Part shown: in pieces, positions 34,922 to 46,979 of the stretch
Numbering within the stretch: the first letter of the stretch is position 1
Layout: every line of letters starts with the position of its first letter
DNA from: Pirellulales bacterium
Lineage (GTDB): Bacteria > Planctomycetota > Planctomycetia > Pirellulales > DATAWG01
Assembly (NCBI GenBank): GCA_963738955.1
Contig: CAVTYW010000006.1
Span: 120,642-184,641 of the forward strand
Direction of reading: 5' to 3'
DNA length: 64,000 bases
The notes under the pieces: model-generated
Database searches by the model: none
Told to the model about the DNA's origin: nothing
Seen by the model: the letters and a program-made list of their open reading frames with translations, nothing else
Translations under genes and position numbers: made by a program

Positions 34922-35387
34922 GGAGCGCCTTTGTCGATCGGGTAGGACGTCCAGCCCGACGTTTGGTCTCGGGGAACATCCGAAGAAGAAAACATAATTA
35001 TCGCTTGTTTTGGGGGTATTTTCCTACGTCCTTCAAGGGTACGATGCAGCATCGTGCGGGCTAGGGAATCTTGCGATTCGCGCCGCACGGCGATAAAGTG
35101 CAATGTAGAATTGTCTTGGTCGGATGCGGATCGCTAAAATTTCGCGCTCTTTGGAGCGCGGAAATCTTGGCAAGCGGGGCTGCCGGTTGCGGCGATCCAA
35201 CGTGAAGCACGGCCCGTCCAGTCAATTGTATCCGTTGGGACGACGGACTGTCTCCGTCGGAAAGACGGCGCATTTTTTCATGTGGGAAGAGATTTCCCTG
35301 GCGCCACCGGGAATATCTTGTTTTGTCCGGACGTGCGGTCTCGTTTTGTTTTCATACCTCTGTTTTGCGAACCCGCGGAGTTATTGA

Positions 35388-36023
35388 ATGGCTGCAATCA
35401 AGCTATTGGTCGCCGACGATCATGAAGTCGTCCGCGCCGGACTGAAGAGTATTCTGACGGGCACCGACATCAAAATCGTCGGCGAAGCCTCCACCGGGGA
35501 GGCCGCTCTCCGGCTGGCGATGAAACACAATCCGGATGTCGTGTTGATGGATATCCGCATGCCGGAAGGAGACGGCCTGACCGCATTGAATCGGATCAAG
35601 CTCGACCGGCCGAATATCCCGGTGCTGATGTGGTCGGCATTCGACAACCCGACGTATGTCGCCCGGGCAGTCGCTTTGGGCGCCAACGGCTACATCCTGA
35701 AATCGGCTAGCCGAGAAAAGCTGGTGCAGGGCATCCGCACTGCCGCCAAGGGGGAAAACACGTGGACCCGAGAAGAGCTTCGTCGCGTGACGGGAGCACT
35801 GGCCACGCCGCGGCTGTCGTCCGACATCGAAGTTCCGTTGACGCAGTGCGAGAGCGAGGTGCTACGGCAACTGGCCTTGGGACTGACCAACAAGGAAATC
35901 GCGCTGGCGCTGAAAATCAGTTATGAAACCGTGAAAGAACATGTGCAGCATGTTCTGCGCAAAGTCGGAGTCACCGATCGGACCCAAGCAGCCGTTTGGG
36001 CGGTTCGCAAAGGATTGGTTTAG
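35388..36023 (+). CDS. NarL/LuxR-family response regulator
   Basis: ADDHEVVR, MDIRMP and C-terminal HTH GLTNKEIA..L.IS.ETVKEHV. Confidence 0.93.
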   Translation: MAAIKLLVADDHEVVRAGLKSILTGTDIKIVGEASTGEAALRLAMKHNPDVVLMDIRMPEGDGLTALNRIKLDRPNIPVLMWSAFDNPTYVARAVALGANGYILKSASREKLVQGIRTAAKGENTWTREELRRVTGALATPRLSSDIEVPLTQCESEVLRQLALGLTNKEIALALKISYETVKEHVQHVLRKVGVTDRTQAAVWAVRKGLV

Positions 36024-37208
36024 TTGACAGTTGCGCTGCGATGCCGAGTTCCGTTGAGTAGATCGCGGGAAGTGATAACCGCGAATCCGCTCGTGGGATC
36101 CGGCGGTTGCTCGGTTAGCAGGATGAAATCCTGCGCGGTTGCCCGCGCAGAAGTCGCACACATCCAACCCCAACAGATTCGCCGGATGGCGCGAGGCCAT
36201 GTCGACGGCGCTTTGCAGGCTGACTCCGGCAAACCGCATGATGTTGGCAATCCCCGCGACTAGTGGACGCGACGCGCCGGCAAGTAGTTGATCTTGGCCG
36301 GCCAGCACGATTCGACCGTCGGCGAGAATATCGAGATCGCAGAGTTGGCTGCCGTAGTGTCCTGGCGGCAGGCCGGCCAACGCGGAAACGTCGCTCACCA
36401 GAATGATTCGTTCGGGCGATTTTGCTCGCACGAACGTCTTCACGACTTCCGGCGGCAAGTGATGACCGTCGGCGATCAATGTGGCGCTGAGGCGGTCGTC
36501 GGCCAATTGGTCCCAGAGGTAGTTCGGATGGCGGCGCAACATGCGATGCGCCCCGTTTCCCAAGTGAGTGCTCAAGCGGGCGCCGGCATCGACCGCGGCG
36601 CGGATCTGACTCGAATCGGCGGCGGTGTGTCCGATTGCCACGACAATCCCGCCGGCGACCGCGCGGCGGATGAATTCCGGCGCTTCGGCATACTCGGGCG
36701 AGAGAGTGACCAGGCGAATCATGCCCGCGGCCGATTCCTGCAAGCGTTGAAACTCGTCCCAATCCGGCGGCCGGCAACAGACTTCCGGATGCGCTCCACG
36801 GGGACCATCGATCGGCGAAATATAGGGCCCTTCGAGATGAATCGCGGCCACGCGCTCGGCAATCGCGCGGTCGGCACGGCAGGCTGCGGCGATCGTGGCG
36901 AGGCCATGCCGGAGCACTTCGAACGGTCCGGTCGTCACCGTGGGGCAAAACCGGCCGACCCCTTGCGAATACTGCACGGCAACGATGGCGGCAACGTCGT
37001 CGATCGTCAAATTCGGCGACGAAAACTCTCGGCCTGCGTAGCCGTTCACTTGCAGGTCAACGAGCGACGGCGCGATCCAAGGGAGGGAAGAGGCTTGAGG
37101 CCTGAGGCTTGAGGCTTGAGGAAGCGGACTGGCGGCAACGATTCGATCCGCTTCGATTTCGTATTCGAAGGCCGCGCCGGTGTCGTAACGACGGGCTGAA
37201 AAGCGCAT
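36020..37208 (-). CDS. nagA: N-acetylglucosamine-6-phosphate deacetylase (3' indel)
   Basis: DLQVNG, HLEGPYIS...RGAHP, TLSPE, GHT, THLGN, IADGHH and LAGA motifs. Confidence 0.85.
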
Positions 37209-37303
37209 GGCACGCCTCAAGCGATGCGACGATCCGTCGAGGAGCGCGTGCCCTCGCCAAAAACGGATCAGTTTCGCAACGCATTATGGCGTGCAGCGGC
37301 GCT

Positions 37304-37373
37304 GTAGGGAACGGCCTCCGTACCGTTCCGCGAGCATGCGTTGGCCCGGAACGGCACGGAGGCCCTTCCCTAC
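37304..37373. repeat. GTAG-type REP doublet (REPIN-like)
   Basis: gtagggaacggcctccgtaccgttccg ... cggaacggcacggaggcccttccctac. Confidence 0.8.
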
Positions 37374-37411
37374 CAGAGTTCCAATGGAGAACCAAAATCG
37401 CGCAAGGGTCC

Positions 37412-37830
37412 TTAATACCGGCTCGTGCCGCGATCGGCTTGCAGGATGATCGTGGTCGTGCCGCCGACGCCGACCCATTCCGCCGGTTGATAGCCGTTCG
37501 AAACCCAGTGCGGCGAATAGGGGCCGTGAACCGGGTCGGGATTGGCTTGCGGCCGCGAATTCGACATGCCGAACCAAGCCATTGCCGCTAGCCGAGCATG
37601 TCGCTCGGCGGCACGTTGCTGAGCATTGGCTCGAACGAGCGCCTGAGGATCTTCGCTGCGTCGCGCTCCTGCTCGTAGAACCACATCTCTTGCGTTTCGC
37701 CCGGCGAAATCATCCGGCCCGTATCTCGGGGAGCCGGTAGTTCAGGCGCGAGCCGTTCGGCAGGTTGCTGGCCGAAGGCCATCGTCGCCGGCAACAAACC
37801 AACAAGCAGGGCGAGCGCGAATTTCTTCAT
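37412..37830 (-). CDS. Secreted hypothetical protein (indels)
   Basis: MKKFALALLVGLLPATMAFG signal; TQEMWFYEQER continues into ARLAAMAWFGMSNSRP in another frame. Confidence 0.6.
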
Positions 37831-37987
37831 GGCAGTCTTTCCTCGAACAAGTTCGATGGATGTAAGTATTTCGAAGCGGCGCCGCCGACAGAACGCCATC
37901 TGGTGCGGACCGCTACTCACGAATTCGGTTCCGCCGCCCGGCGAGAATTAAACGATTCCGGGAGATCGTCCGTTTTTGCCGGAGCGG

Positions 37988-38872
37988 TCAACCGACCGGG
38001 CAATTCAGCGAAAGTTTGCGGTCTGGGACCGGCAACGTGGCCGGTGTACGCAAGAGAGCCAGTGGTGGACCGGCAATGTCGAGCAGGCTGCGATAGGCCC
38101 GTTCGTCGCCTTCAACCACGAGTACGTAGACCAATTCACCCGACTGCCAGCAGCCGATCATCAATCCGCCGGTGCTGGAGCCAGGTTTGAACGGCGAAGC
38201 GGAACCGGCGATTTGACCGTCGTCGGAGATGACGAACAGCGTGGCGCGGTGTCCATCGGCGGCCGAAAGATCGTAGGCGCATGCGGCTTGGCCGACCAGC
38301 GCGGAAACATCGGCCCAATGCCGCGGTTGGCGGCGAATCTCCTCGGCAACCGGAAAATCGCGAATCGCCTCCCGCGGTGAAAGAGGTTGCCAAATCGGAT
38401 TTGTCCGCAATTGCTCATACCATTGGCTGCTCTGATCGAGCAACTTGTCGTAGCTGAGGGCCGAGTGATGAGGCCAAAAAGTGTAGCCTGCGGCAAGCAG
38501 CAATAAACTGGCGGCGACCGCGGCGACCGAACGGACCCACCGCCGCCGAGCCGTCGCCTGCGCAGGCAACGCCACATCATCGTCTGCCGCATCTCCCTGC
38601 TCTCTGCTCCCCGCTCCCTGCTCCCCGCTCCCTGCCCCCTGCTCCGCGACGATCCGCGCCAGAATCCGCTCGCGCAAACCGGGGGGAACTGCAACGTCGT
38701 CGATCGCCCGAACGAGCCGCGCATCCAAGCCCTGTGTCCGCTGGTAGCGATCGTTCAAATCCGGGTCGCCTTCGATTCGATCCGCGAGCGGCGACAGTTC
38801 GGGCAATCCGATGTCGTCGCTGCCGGGGCGGCAGGCTTCGATCATTTCGTCGAGCTTGCGGTGATCCATCAT
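37988..38872 (-). CDS. Putative membrane-anchored anti-sigma factor
   Basis: Overlaps the sigma stop. D..L..AI.DV.VPPGLRERIL, then RRRW..AAVAASLLL TM segment and an extracytoplasmic domain. Confidence 0.7.
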   Translation of the reverse strand: MMDHRKLDEMIEACRPGSDDIGLPELSPLADRIEGDPDLNDRYQRTQGLDARLVRAIDDVAVPPGLRERILARIVAEQGAGSGEQGAGSREQGDAADDDVALPAQATARRRWVRSVAAVAASLLLLAAGYTFWPHHSALSYDKLLDQSSQWYEQLRTNPIWQPLSPREAIRDFPVAEEIRRQPRHWADVSALVGQAACAYDLSAADGHRATLFVISDDGQIAGSASPFKPGSSTGGLMIGCWQSGELVYVLVVEGDERAYRSLLDIAGPPLALLRTPATLPVPDRKLSLNCPVG

Positions 38873-39543
38873 TGGTCTCTCCGCCGCGGCGCTATCGAGC
38901 CGTCGTGGCTGGAAGCGCCCGCCAATTCCGCTTCGAACAGCCGGGATCGCAAATGCGATTTCGCCCGCGCCAGCCGGCTCATCACCGTTCCCAGCGGCAA
39001 CTCGAATTCCGCGGCGATTTCGCGATACGAGCGATTTTCGAAATAAAAACTCAGCAGCACCAATTTGAATTCATCGGGCAATTCGTCGATCACCGTTTGC
39101 AATAGTTCGCGATCGATTTCCCAACGGTCGGAAACGTCGTCGGCCGGGAGGTTGTCGACGTCGAAAGGCACGGTCTTTTCGCGTTCGGTTCGGTTCTTGA
39201 TTTGCGAGCGGCAATAGGCTCGACGCATCACGGTCATCAGCCACGCTCGTGCGTTACGCGCATCACGGAGTTGATCGATCTTTCGCTGCGCGATCAGGAA
39301 TGTTTGTTGGGTGAGATCCTCGGCGTCGGCCGCGGCGCCGGTCAATCGGAAGGCATAACGAAACAGGGCGTCGGCATGTTCCGCAACCAAACGGGGCATG
39401 TCCGGCGGCACCACCGAGCCGACGGCCGGGTTTTGCAACGTCCCGTCGGCAACGACGGCCGCGGACGGCACGTGTCCATCGGCGCGAGCCGCGGAGCTAT
39501 CTTTGGCCGAACCGCTTCCACCGGCCAAGCGAATCTCCTCCAT
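38869..39543 (-). CDS. ECF sigma-70 factor
   Basis: Region 2 LFRYAFRLTG..ADAEDLTQQTF and AWL; region 4 SYREIA.....PLGTVMSRLARA. Confidence 0.92.
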   Translation of the reverse strand: MEEIRLAGGSGSAKDSSAARADGHVPSAAVVADGTLQNPAVGSVVPPDMPRLVAEHADALFRYAFRLTGAAADAEDLTQQTFLIAQRKIDQLRDARNARAWLMTVMRRAYCRSQIKNRTEREKTVPFDVDNLPADDVSDRWEIDRELLQTVIDELPDEFKLVLLSFYFENRSYREIAAEFELPLGTVMSRLARAKSHLRSRLFEAELAGASSHDGSIAPRRRDQ

Positions 39544-39565
39544 GGTCAAATCCTGTCCAATAAGT

Positions 39566-39594
39566 AAGAGACTCGGTTTGGTCGAATTATTCCC
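39566..39594 (-). promoter_or_regulatory. ECF-type promoter upstream of the sigma gene
   Basis: GGGAATAA-N14-GTCTCTT ending 22 nt upstream of ATG 39543. Confidence 0.7.
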
Positions 39595-39682
39595 TGAATG
39601 GTCGCAAAAAGATCGAAATATCGGCGGGCGCGGACCGTCGGGCATTCGACAACGGATATTCTATGGTTTTTTCGTTCGTCTG

Positions 39683-39711
39683 GGGAATAAATTGCCAAGC
39701 CTGGGTCTCTT
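39683..39711 (+). promoter_or_regulatory. ECF-type promoter upstream of the small lipoprotein
   Basis: Identical GGGAATAA-N14-GTCTCTT on the plus strand. Confidence 0.7.
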
Positions 39712-39785
39712 TTAGGGTAGCGGAGCGTGGGAAGGTCCCTCGCCCTTGAGCGAACAGCGCCCTTGGAAAATCGAAAGGTGTTGAA

Positions 39786-39986
39786 ATGAAGAAGTTTGCA
39801 GCGATGTTGATGTTGGTTTGCAGTTTTGGCGTTTTTGCGGTCGTGGGTTGCGGCCCCGAAGCCAAGAAGCCGACGACCCCCGAAGTCACGAAGCCAGCCG
39901 ATAAGGACAAAATGGCGCCGGCCGACAAGGACAAGATGGCGCCGGCCGACAAGGACAAGACGGCGCCGGCCGACAAGTCGAAGTAA
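39786..39986 (+). CDS. 66-aa lipoprotein with (PADKDKMA)n repeats
   Basis: MKK, hydrophobic core and VVGC lipobox; AAAGGTG SD; 24-nt tandem repeat at 39897-39977; terminator downstream. Confidence 0.8.
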   Translation: MKKFAAMLMLVCSFGVFAVVGCGPEAKKPTTPEVTKPADKDKMAPADKDKMAPADKDKTAPADKSK

Positions 39987-40035
39987 TCGTTCAACCGCGG
40001 AACGATCTTCTTCGATGTCAACGCGAATCGAGCAT

Positions 40036-40076
40036 GGGGGGCGGCATTTGCCAATCTGGCAGGTCGCCCCCTTTTT
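40036..40076 (+). terminator. Intrinsic terminator
   Basis: gggggg cggcatttgcca-atc-tggcaggtcgccccc stem-loop followed by TTTTT. Confidence 0.7.
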
Positions 40077-40082
40077 CGTTGT

Positions 40083-42201
<2,119 letters not shown>

Positions 42202-42344
42202 TTTGGGCTCCGTCCTGTCGCTACGGCGCGGAAGCTGAAAGAGCGACCGCCACCTTAAAGCATAGTGGGCGGAGCAAGAGTTCGGCTAGCGGTCCGCGGT
42301 CCACCACTCCGTGGCGGGTTCTTCCGCGACGAATTTCTCGGGAT

Positions 42345-42533
42345 AAAAAAAGGGCGGCCCTGGAACGCCGCGCCGCAACACGGACGGGGCAGGAATCCAT
42401 TGTTGCAGGGGACATCGCCTTGCGACGGCGTCCTCCGGCGACCAGGGCCGCTTGATCGGTACGACTTTCGCTCCTCGAAGCGGCACGAAATGTGCGGCGA
42501 AAACCGGCATTTGCCCGAGGAGATTGGATGGCC
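42345..42533 (-). ncRNA. Candidate structured small RNA (unassigned)
   Basis: Upstream TTGCAC-N18-TACAAT; 5' hairpin; 3' multibranch domain closed by gcggccctgg/ccagggccgc and followed by a U7 tract. Confidence 0.45.
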
Positions 42534-42741
42534 CGCCCATTGTATAGCAAAAATTCGTAGCGGTGCAAGAATATATTCGTTCGAACGCTGCCGGCTTCCT
42601 CGAAATGGGCTGCATTGCCGGATCGGCGAGGATGCTCCGCGGGGGATGGCAATTTCTGCGTGTGGGTTGGCCGCGCCGGAGAAACATGAAACAATAGTCC
42701 TGCGATTGCCAGAGAATCTCGCGGGCGGAACGAAAGCAAAA

Positions 42742-44686
42742 ATGAGCAACGCAGGCACCCCGTCTTCGGCTGAGCAACTGCGCGGCGTCGAAGAGCACTT
42801 CACCCAGTCGGTCGCCGGAGTCCAGGATTACGCGATCTTTCTTTTGGACGAAAACGGATTCGTCAGAACCTGGAATGCCGGCGCCGAGCGCATCAAGGGT
42901 TACGCCGCGGACGATATCATCGGCAAGCATTTCTCGAAATTCTACCCTCCCGAAGCATTGGCTATCGGTTGGCCCGAGGAAGAATTGGTTCGCGCCCGAC
43001 GAGACGGCCGATTCGAAGACGAGGCCTGGCGCGTTCGCAAAGACGGCAGCTTGTTCTGGGCCAACGTCGTCATCACGGCCCTCTACGACCCCGATGGCAA
43101 GGTTCGCGGGTTTCTGAAAATCACCCGCGATCTCACGGGCCGCAAACAGGCCGAAGAGGCTTTGCGCCAGAGCGAAGAACGCTTCCGGCTGATGGTCGAG
43201 AACGTGAAGGACTATGCGATCTTCATGCTCGATCCCGACGGTCGAGTGGCCAGTTGGAACGCTGGAGCGGAAAGAATCAAAGGCTATAAGGCCGAGGAAA
43301 TCATCGGCCAGCACTTCTCGCGGTTCTATTCGTCCGAAGATATCGAGCGCGGCAAGCCGCAACGCGAATTGGAGATCGCCATCGCGGAGGGGCGCGTCGA
43401 GGATGAGGGTTGGCGCGTGCGGAAGGACCGCTCCCTGTTTTGGGCGAACGTGGTCATCACCGCGATTTACAATGAACAGAATCGACTGGTCGGATTTGCC
43501 AAAGTCACCCGCGATTTGACCGAGCAGAGAAAGGTCCAGGCGCTGCAAGTTGCCGATAAGCAGAAGAACGAGTTTCTGGCCATGCTGGCTCACGAGCTGC
43601 GCAATCCGTTGGCGCCGGTCAGCAACGGTCTGCAACTGTTGAAGATGCCTGGTCTCGACGATTCGACGATTCGACAAACCACGGAGATGATGGAAAGGCA
43701 ATTGATTCATCTGGTCCGGCTCGTTCGACGACTTGCTCGATGTGTCGCGGGTGATAACCGGGAAGCTGAGTTTCCAGAAGCAGCCGGTGGATTTGGCGGA
43801 GGTCGTTCAACGGGGAATTGAAGAATCGCAAGCGACGATTGATGCGCGCGGGCACGAATTGGTGCTAACGCTGCCCGCAAGGCCTTTGATCGTCGATGGC
43901 GACGCAATGCGGTTGGGACAAGTGATTGCCAACTTGATCGTGAATGCGGCGAAATACACGCCGACCCCCAGCCAACTCTTTCTCGCCGTTGAACGCCACG
44001 GCGATCAAGCAGTCATTCGGATGAAGGATCCCGGCATTGGCATCGCGCCGGAGCAATTGCCGACGATTTTCGACCTGTTTACTCAAGCCGATAGCTCTCT
44101 CGCTCGAACGCAGGGCGGCCTTGGAATCGGGCTCACGGTCGTCAAACGAATCGTGCAAATGCACAATGGGACGGTGGTTGCCGAGAGCGAAGGCTTGGGC
44201 AGGGGAAGTGAATTCATCGTGACGCTTCCCGTTTCGCGAGCCATCACGGCCAAGATCACTCCATCGTCGCGGACGACGAAAACGGGATTGCCGAAACGTC
44301 GGGTTCTCGTCGTGGACGACAACGTCGATGCCGCGCTGTCAACGACCGCGCTGCTCAAAGCCTGGGGCCATGAGGTACGGACGGCCCACAGCGGCCCCGC
44401 CGCCCTCGAGGCCGCGCGCACGTTCCTTCCCGAGTTTCTCCTCCTGGATATCGGGCTTCCCGGCATGAGCGGCTACGACGTTGCCCGGCACCTTCGTTCG
44501 CTGCCGTCGCTGCAAGGCTTGGTGATCGCCGCAATCACCGGCTACGGACAAGAATCGGATCGACAACGATCTTTCGAGTCGGGTTTCGACTACCACATCA
44601 CAAAACCGCCGGACCCCGGCATTTTGGAGTCGATGCTGACGGGTGCCAGCCGACCATTTGGGAAGTCCGACCCGCAAAGCAACTGA
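42742..44686 (+). CDS. Hybrid histidine kinase PAS-PAS-HisKA-HATPase-REC (indel near 43725)
   Basis: Two YAIF.LD..G.V..WNAGAERIKGY PAS domains; FLAMLAHELRNPL, NAAKYT, GLGIGL, VVDDN and LDIGLPGM motifs. Confidence 0.92.
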
Positions 44687-44777
44687 GGATTATGGCGCGG
44701 CGATTTGGAAGCGCACGAGTACGGCAGATTGCAGACGTTTCATCGACAGTTGTGCGCCGGACAGGTAGACTGAAGGC

Positions 44778-45277
44778 ATGATTGAGCAAGCAATGTTCGG
44801 CGCTGGCGGCCCCGAGAGGCAGGCCATCTCGCCGCCGAACAAGACGATGCTTCTTCCGCACGTGCAACCAGCCATCGGCCGGGGACTGGCGGTGCAAGAG
44901 GTCTTCCCCCGTTTTCAGAATCTAAACTTGCGCGTGCTCATCGACGACCTTCAGCGCGGACGGGTCGCGCACGGCGAGTGGCAATTTGCCGACGACCTCT
45001 GCCCGGTTGCTCATGGGCTGGTCGGCGGCCAACGCGTCAATGCGATTCGGTATCTCACTCAGGCGATGGATCTCCCGCGGCGTGCCGGAGTGCGGCCGAT
45101 GACTTGGGCGTGCCGCCAGGCTCCGTCGAACGCTTTGTCGCCATTTGGGATGCGGGCGGCATGAGCCACGAATGGTTGTTGAATAAGCTGGAGGCAATCT
45201 GGAACGAGCGACAGGACGACTTGGACGCGATGCAAGAATTCCTCGCGGCTAAAACCGAACTCGTCGCCCGCGGCTGA
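44778..45277 (+). CDS. Hypothetical protein (indel near 45080)
   Basis: ORF 44778-45164 (LCPVAHG) continues into ORF 44978-45277 (RFVAIWD..LEAIWNER). Confidence 0.55.
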
Positions 45278-45340
45278 GATTCCCTTTTTGGTCCGGTCCG
45301 CCGCGCACGAACCAGCGCAATTGGCGGCGAATGCGGTTCT

Positions 45341-45766
45341 TCAATCGTTCTGATGCGGTCGCGGGACACTGGCTTGATCCGCGATCGGCACGATCGGCCG
45401 CAGATAGGGCCGCCAGCTTTCCAATCGCTTCGGTCCGATTCCGGAGACATGCCGCAACTGGTCGACCGACGTAAATCGGCCGTGCGCCGCTCGGTAGGCG
45501 ACGATCCGCTTCGCCAAGGTTTCGCCAAGCCCCGGCAATTGAATGAATTCCGACCAGTCGGCTTTGTTGATATCGACCTGAAACGCCGCCGTGGGGCGAG
45601 CCGTGCGATCGATATCGATTAGCCGTCCGCGCAGTTTCGCCTGCGACAGCCAATAGGCGGAAATCGTCACCAACGCGAACAAGGCCAAGAGCGCGATCGC
45701 GACCTGATCGGCTCGCCTCAAGGGAGCATTCGGAGGCGAGGATTCAGCCGGTTTTTCAGCAGCCAT
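45341..45766 (-). CDS. ComEA-like helix-hairpin-helix DNA-binding membrane protein
   Basis: TM segment, then VDINKA..E...LPGLGETLAKRIV.YR...G.F.SVDQL..V.GIG.K. Confidence 0.88.
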   Translation of the reverse strand: MAAEKPAESSPPNAPLRRADQVAIALLALFALVTISAYWLSQAKLRGRLIDIDRTARPTAAFQVDINKADWSEFIQLPGLGETLAKRIVAYRAAHGRFTSVDQLRHVSGIGPKRLESWRPYLRPIVPIADQASVPRPHQND

Positions 45767-46009
45767 GGCCGAGCGACTCACGGTGAACAGCCCGCGAAAT
45801 GCCATTGCCCCGCGGGAGCTCACCAGCTCGCCGCAAAAGGGACTGATTCTCCGGTTGTTCAGCCTAGCGAATTCCGGCCGATTGGCAACGGTTTGGGCGA
45901 TTCGGCGGTCCAATTCTCGGATTGCTATGGCCGCGCCGATGTCGAAGGTATAATCGAACTGAATTTCGGCTCCAAACACTTTCGGTTCGAATAGGTGGGG
46001 ATTTCGACG

Positions 46010-46966
46010 ATGGCCGCTGATTATCATTACAGCCGCGACGGTCAAAGTTTTGGACCCGTACCGGTCGAACAGCTCCGAGAACTTGCCGCGAAAGGCCAGC
46101 TCAGCGCAACCGATTTGGTGTGGAAAGAAGGGATGGCCGAATGGGTTCCGGCGGGGCGGTTCAAAGGATTGATTCCGGCGGCGCCGGTTGCTCCCGCGGC
46201 ATTCGTTCCGTCAACCGACGCATCGCCCGAATTTCGGCTCAGTGAGCCGGCGCCGGCTCCCGTGATTCCGCCAGTCGCGCCGACGGTGAAGCCATCCGCG
46301 ACTTCAGAACACGTCGACGAGGTCAGTCAGGCGGAAATCCTCGCGCGTCAGGCGAAAGAAGTTGCGATGGCCGCCGGCAGCGACGCCTTGAAGGCGTTCA
46401 AAACGTTGGTGACGAATCCGATCGGAGGACTGCGGACGGCCGTCGATACCCTGGGAACCGCGCGTGCCATGCAAGCCGGAATTGTGTTCGCGGTTATCTT
46501 CGAGCTTTGCGCCGTCTTCGCGGGCTATTCATTGATGGGAGCGATTAGCTCCGCGAATGCGATGATTTCCGTGCATAACGGCCACATGACCGAGCCCCCG
46601 GGGATGGGCTTCACTGGGTTTCTCAAGTTAGTCGTGATCGGCGTCATTCCTTTCGGAGTTGCGATCGGCGGATTTGCGGCGGCCCGAGCGATTTTCAAAG
46701 GCCGCGGAACTCTGCAAAGCGACATGTTCGTCGCCGGCGCTTCGTTGCTGCCCGCGGCGATCGCGCTTCTGGCCATGCGGATACTGGGGCCGCTCAACGG
46801 AGAGCTCGTCTTGGTCGTTACCGTGTTTGCGGTGACGACGACCGTGCTTTTGCTCTACAGCGGTTTCACGACGCTCGAGAGCATTCCCGATAGCGCAGCC
46901 ACTTTGGTCGTTCCGCTAATCATTCTTGCGGATATGTACATCTGCAAGATAATCATGTTTATCTGA
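46010..46966 (+). CDS. GYF_2 (DUF4339) domain multi-pass membrane protein
   Basis: YHYSRDGQSFGP....L....GQL...DLVWKEGMAEW, Pro-rich linker, about 5 TM segments. Confidence 0.82.
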   Translation: MAADYHYSRDGQSFGPVPVEQLRELAAKGQLSATDLVWKEGMAEWVPAGRFKGLIPAAPVAPAAFVPSTDASPEFRLSEPAPAPVIPPVAPTVKPSATSEHVDEVSQAEILARQAKEVAMAAGSDALKAFKTLVTNPIGGLRTAVDTLGTARAMQAGIVFAVIFELCAVFAGYSLMGAISSANAMISVHNGHMTEPPGMGFTGFLKLVVIGVIPFGVAIGGFAAARAIFKGRGTLQSDMFVAGASLLPAAIALLAMRILGPLNGELVLVVTVFAVTTTVLLLYSGFTTLESIPDSAATLVVPLIILADMYICKIIMFI

Positions 46967-46979
46967 TCGAACCCTTGCG

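Noticed and set aside
39897..39977. 24-nt repeats as a CRISPR array
   Set aside because: Directly tandem with no spacers, in frame within a lipoprotein, and no cas genes.
42345..42533. Assignment as 6S RNA, SRP RNA or c-di-GMP riboswitch
   Set aside because: No clear central-bubble rod, no SRP GGAA-loop/AGCAG motif and only a 7-nt GGGCAAA resemblance; left unassigned pending cmscan.
42265..42741. 160-aa N-terminal extension of the PAS kinase ORF
   Set aside because: Arg/Gly/Pro-rich non-domain sequence overlapping a promoter and structured element; ATG 42742 is the more plausible start.
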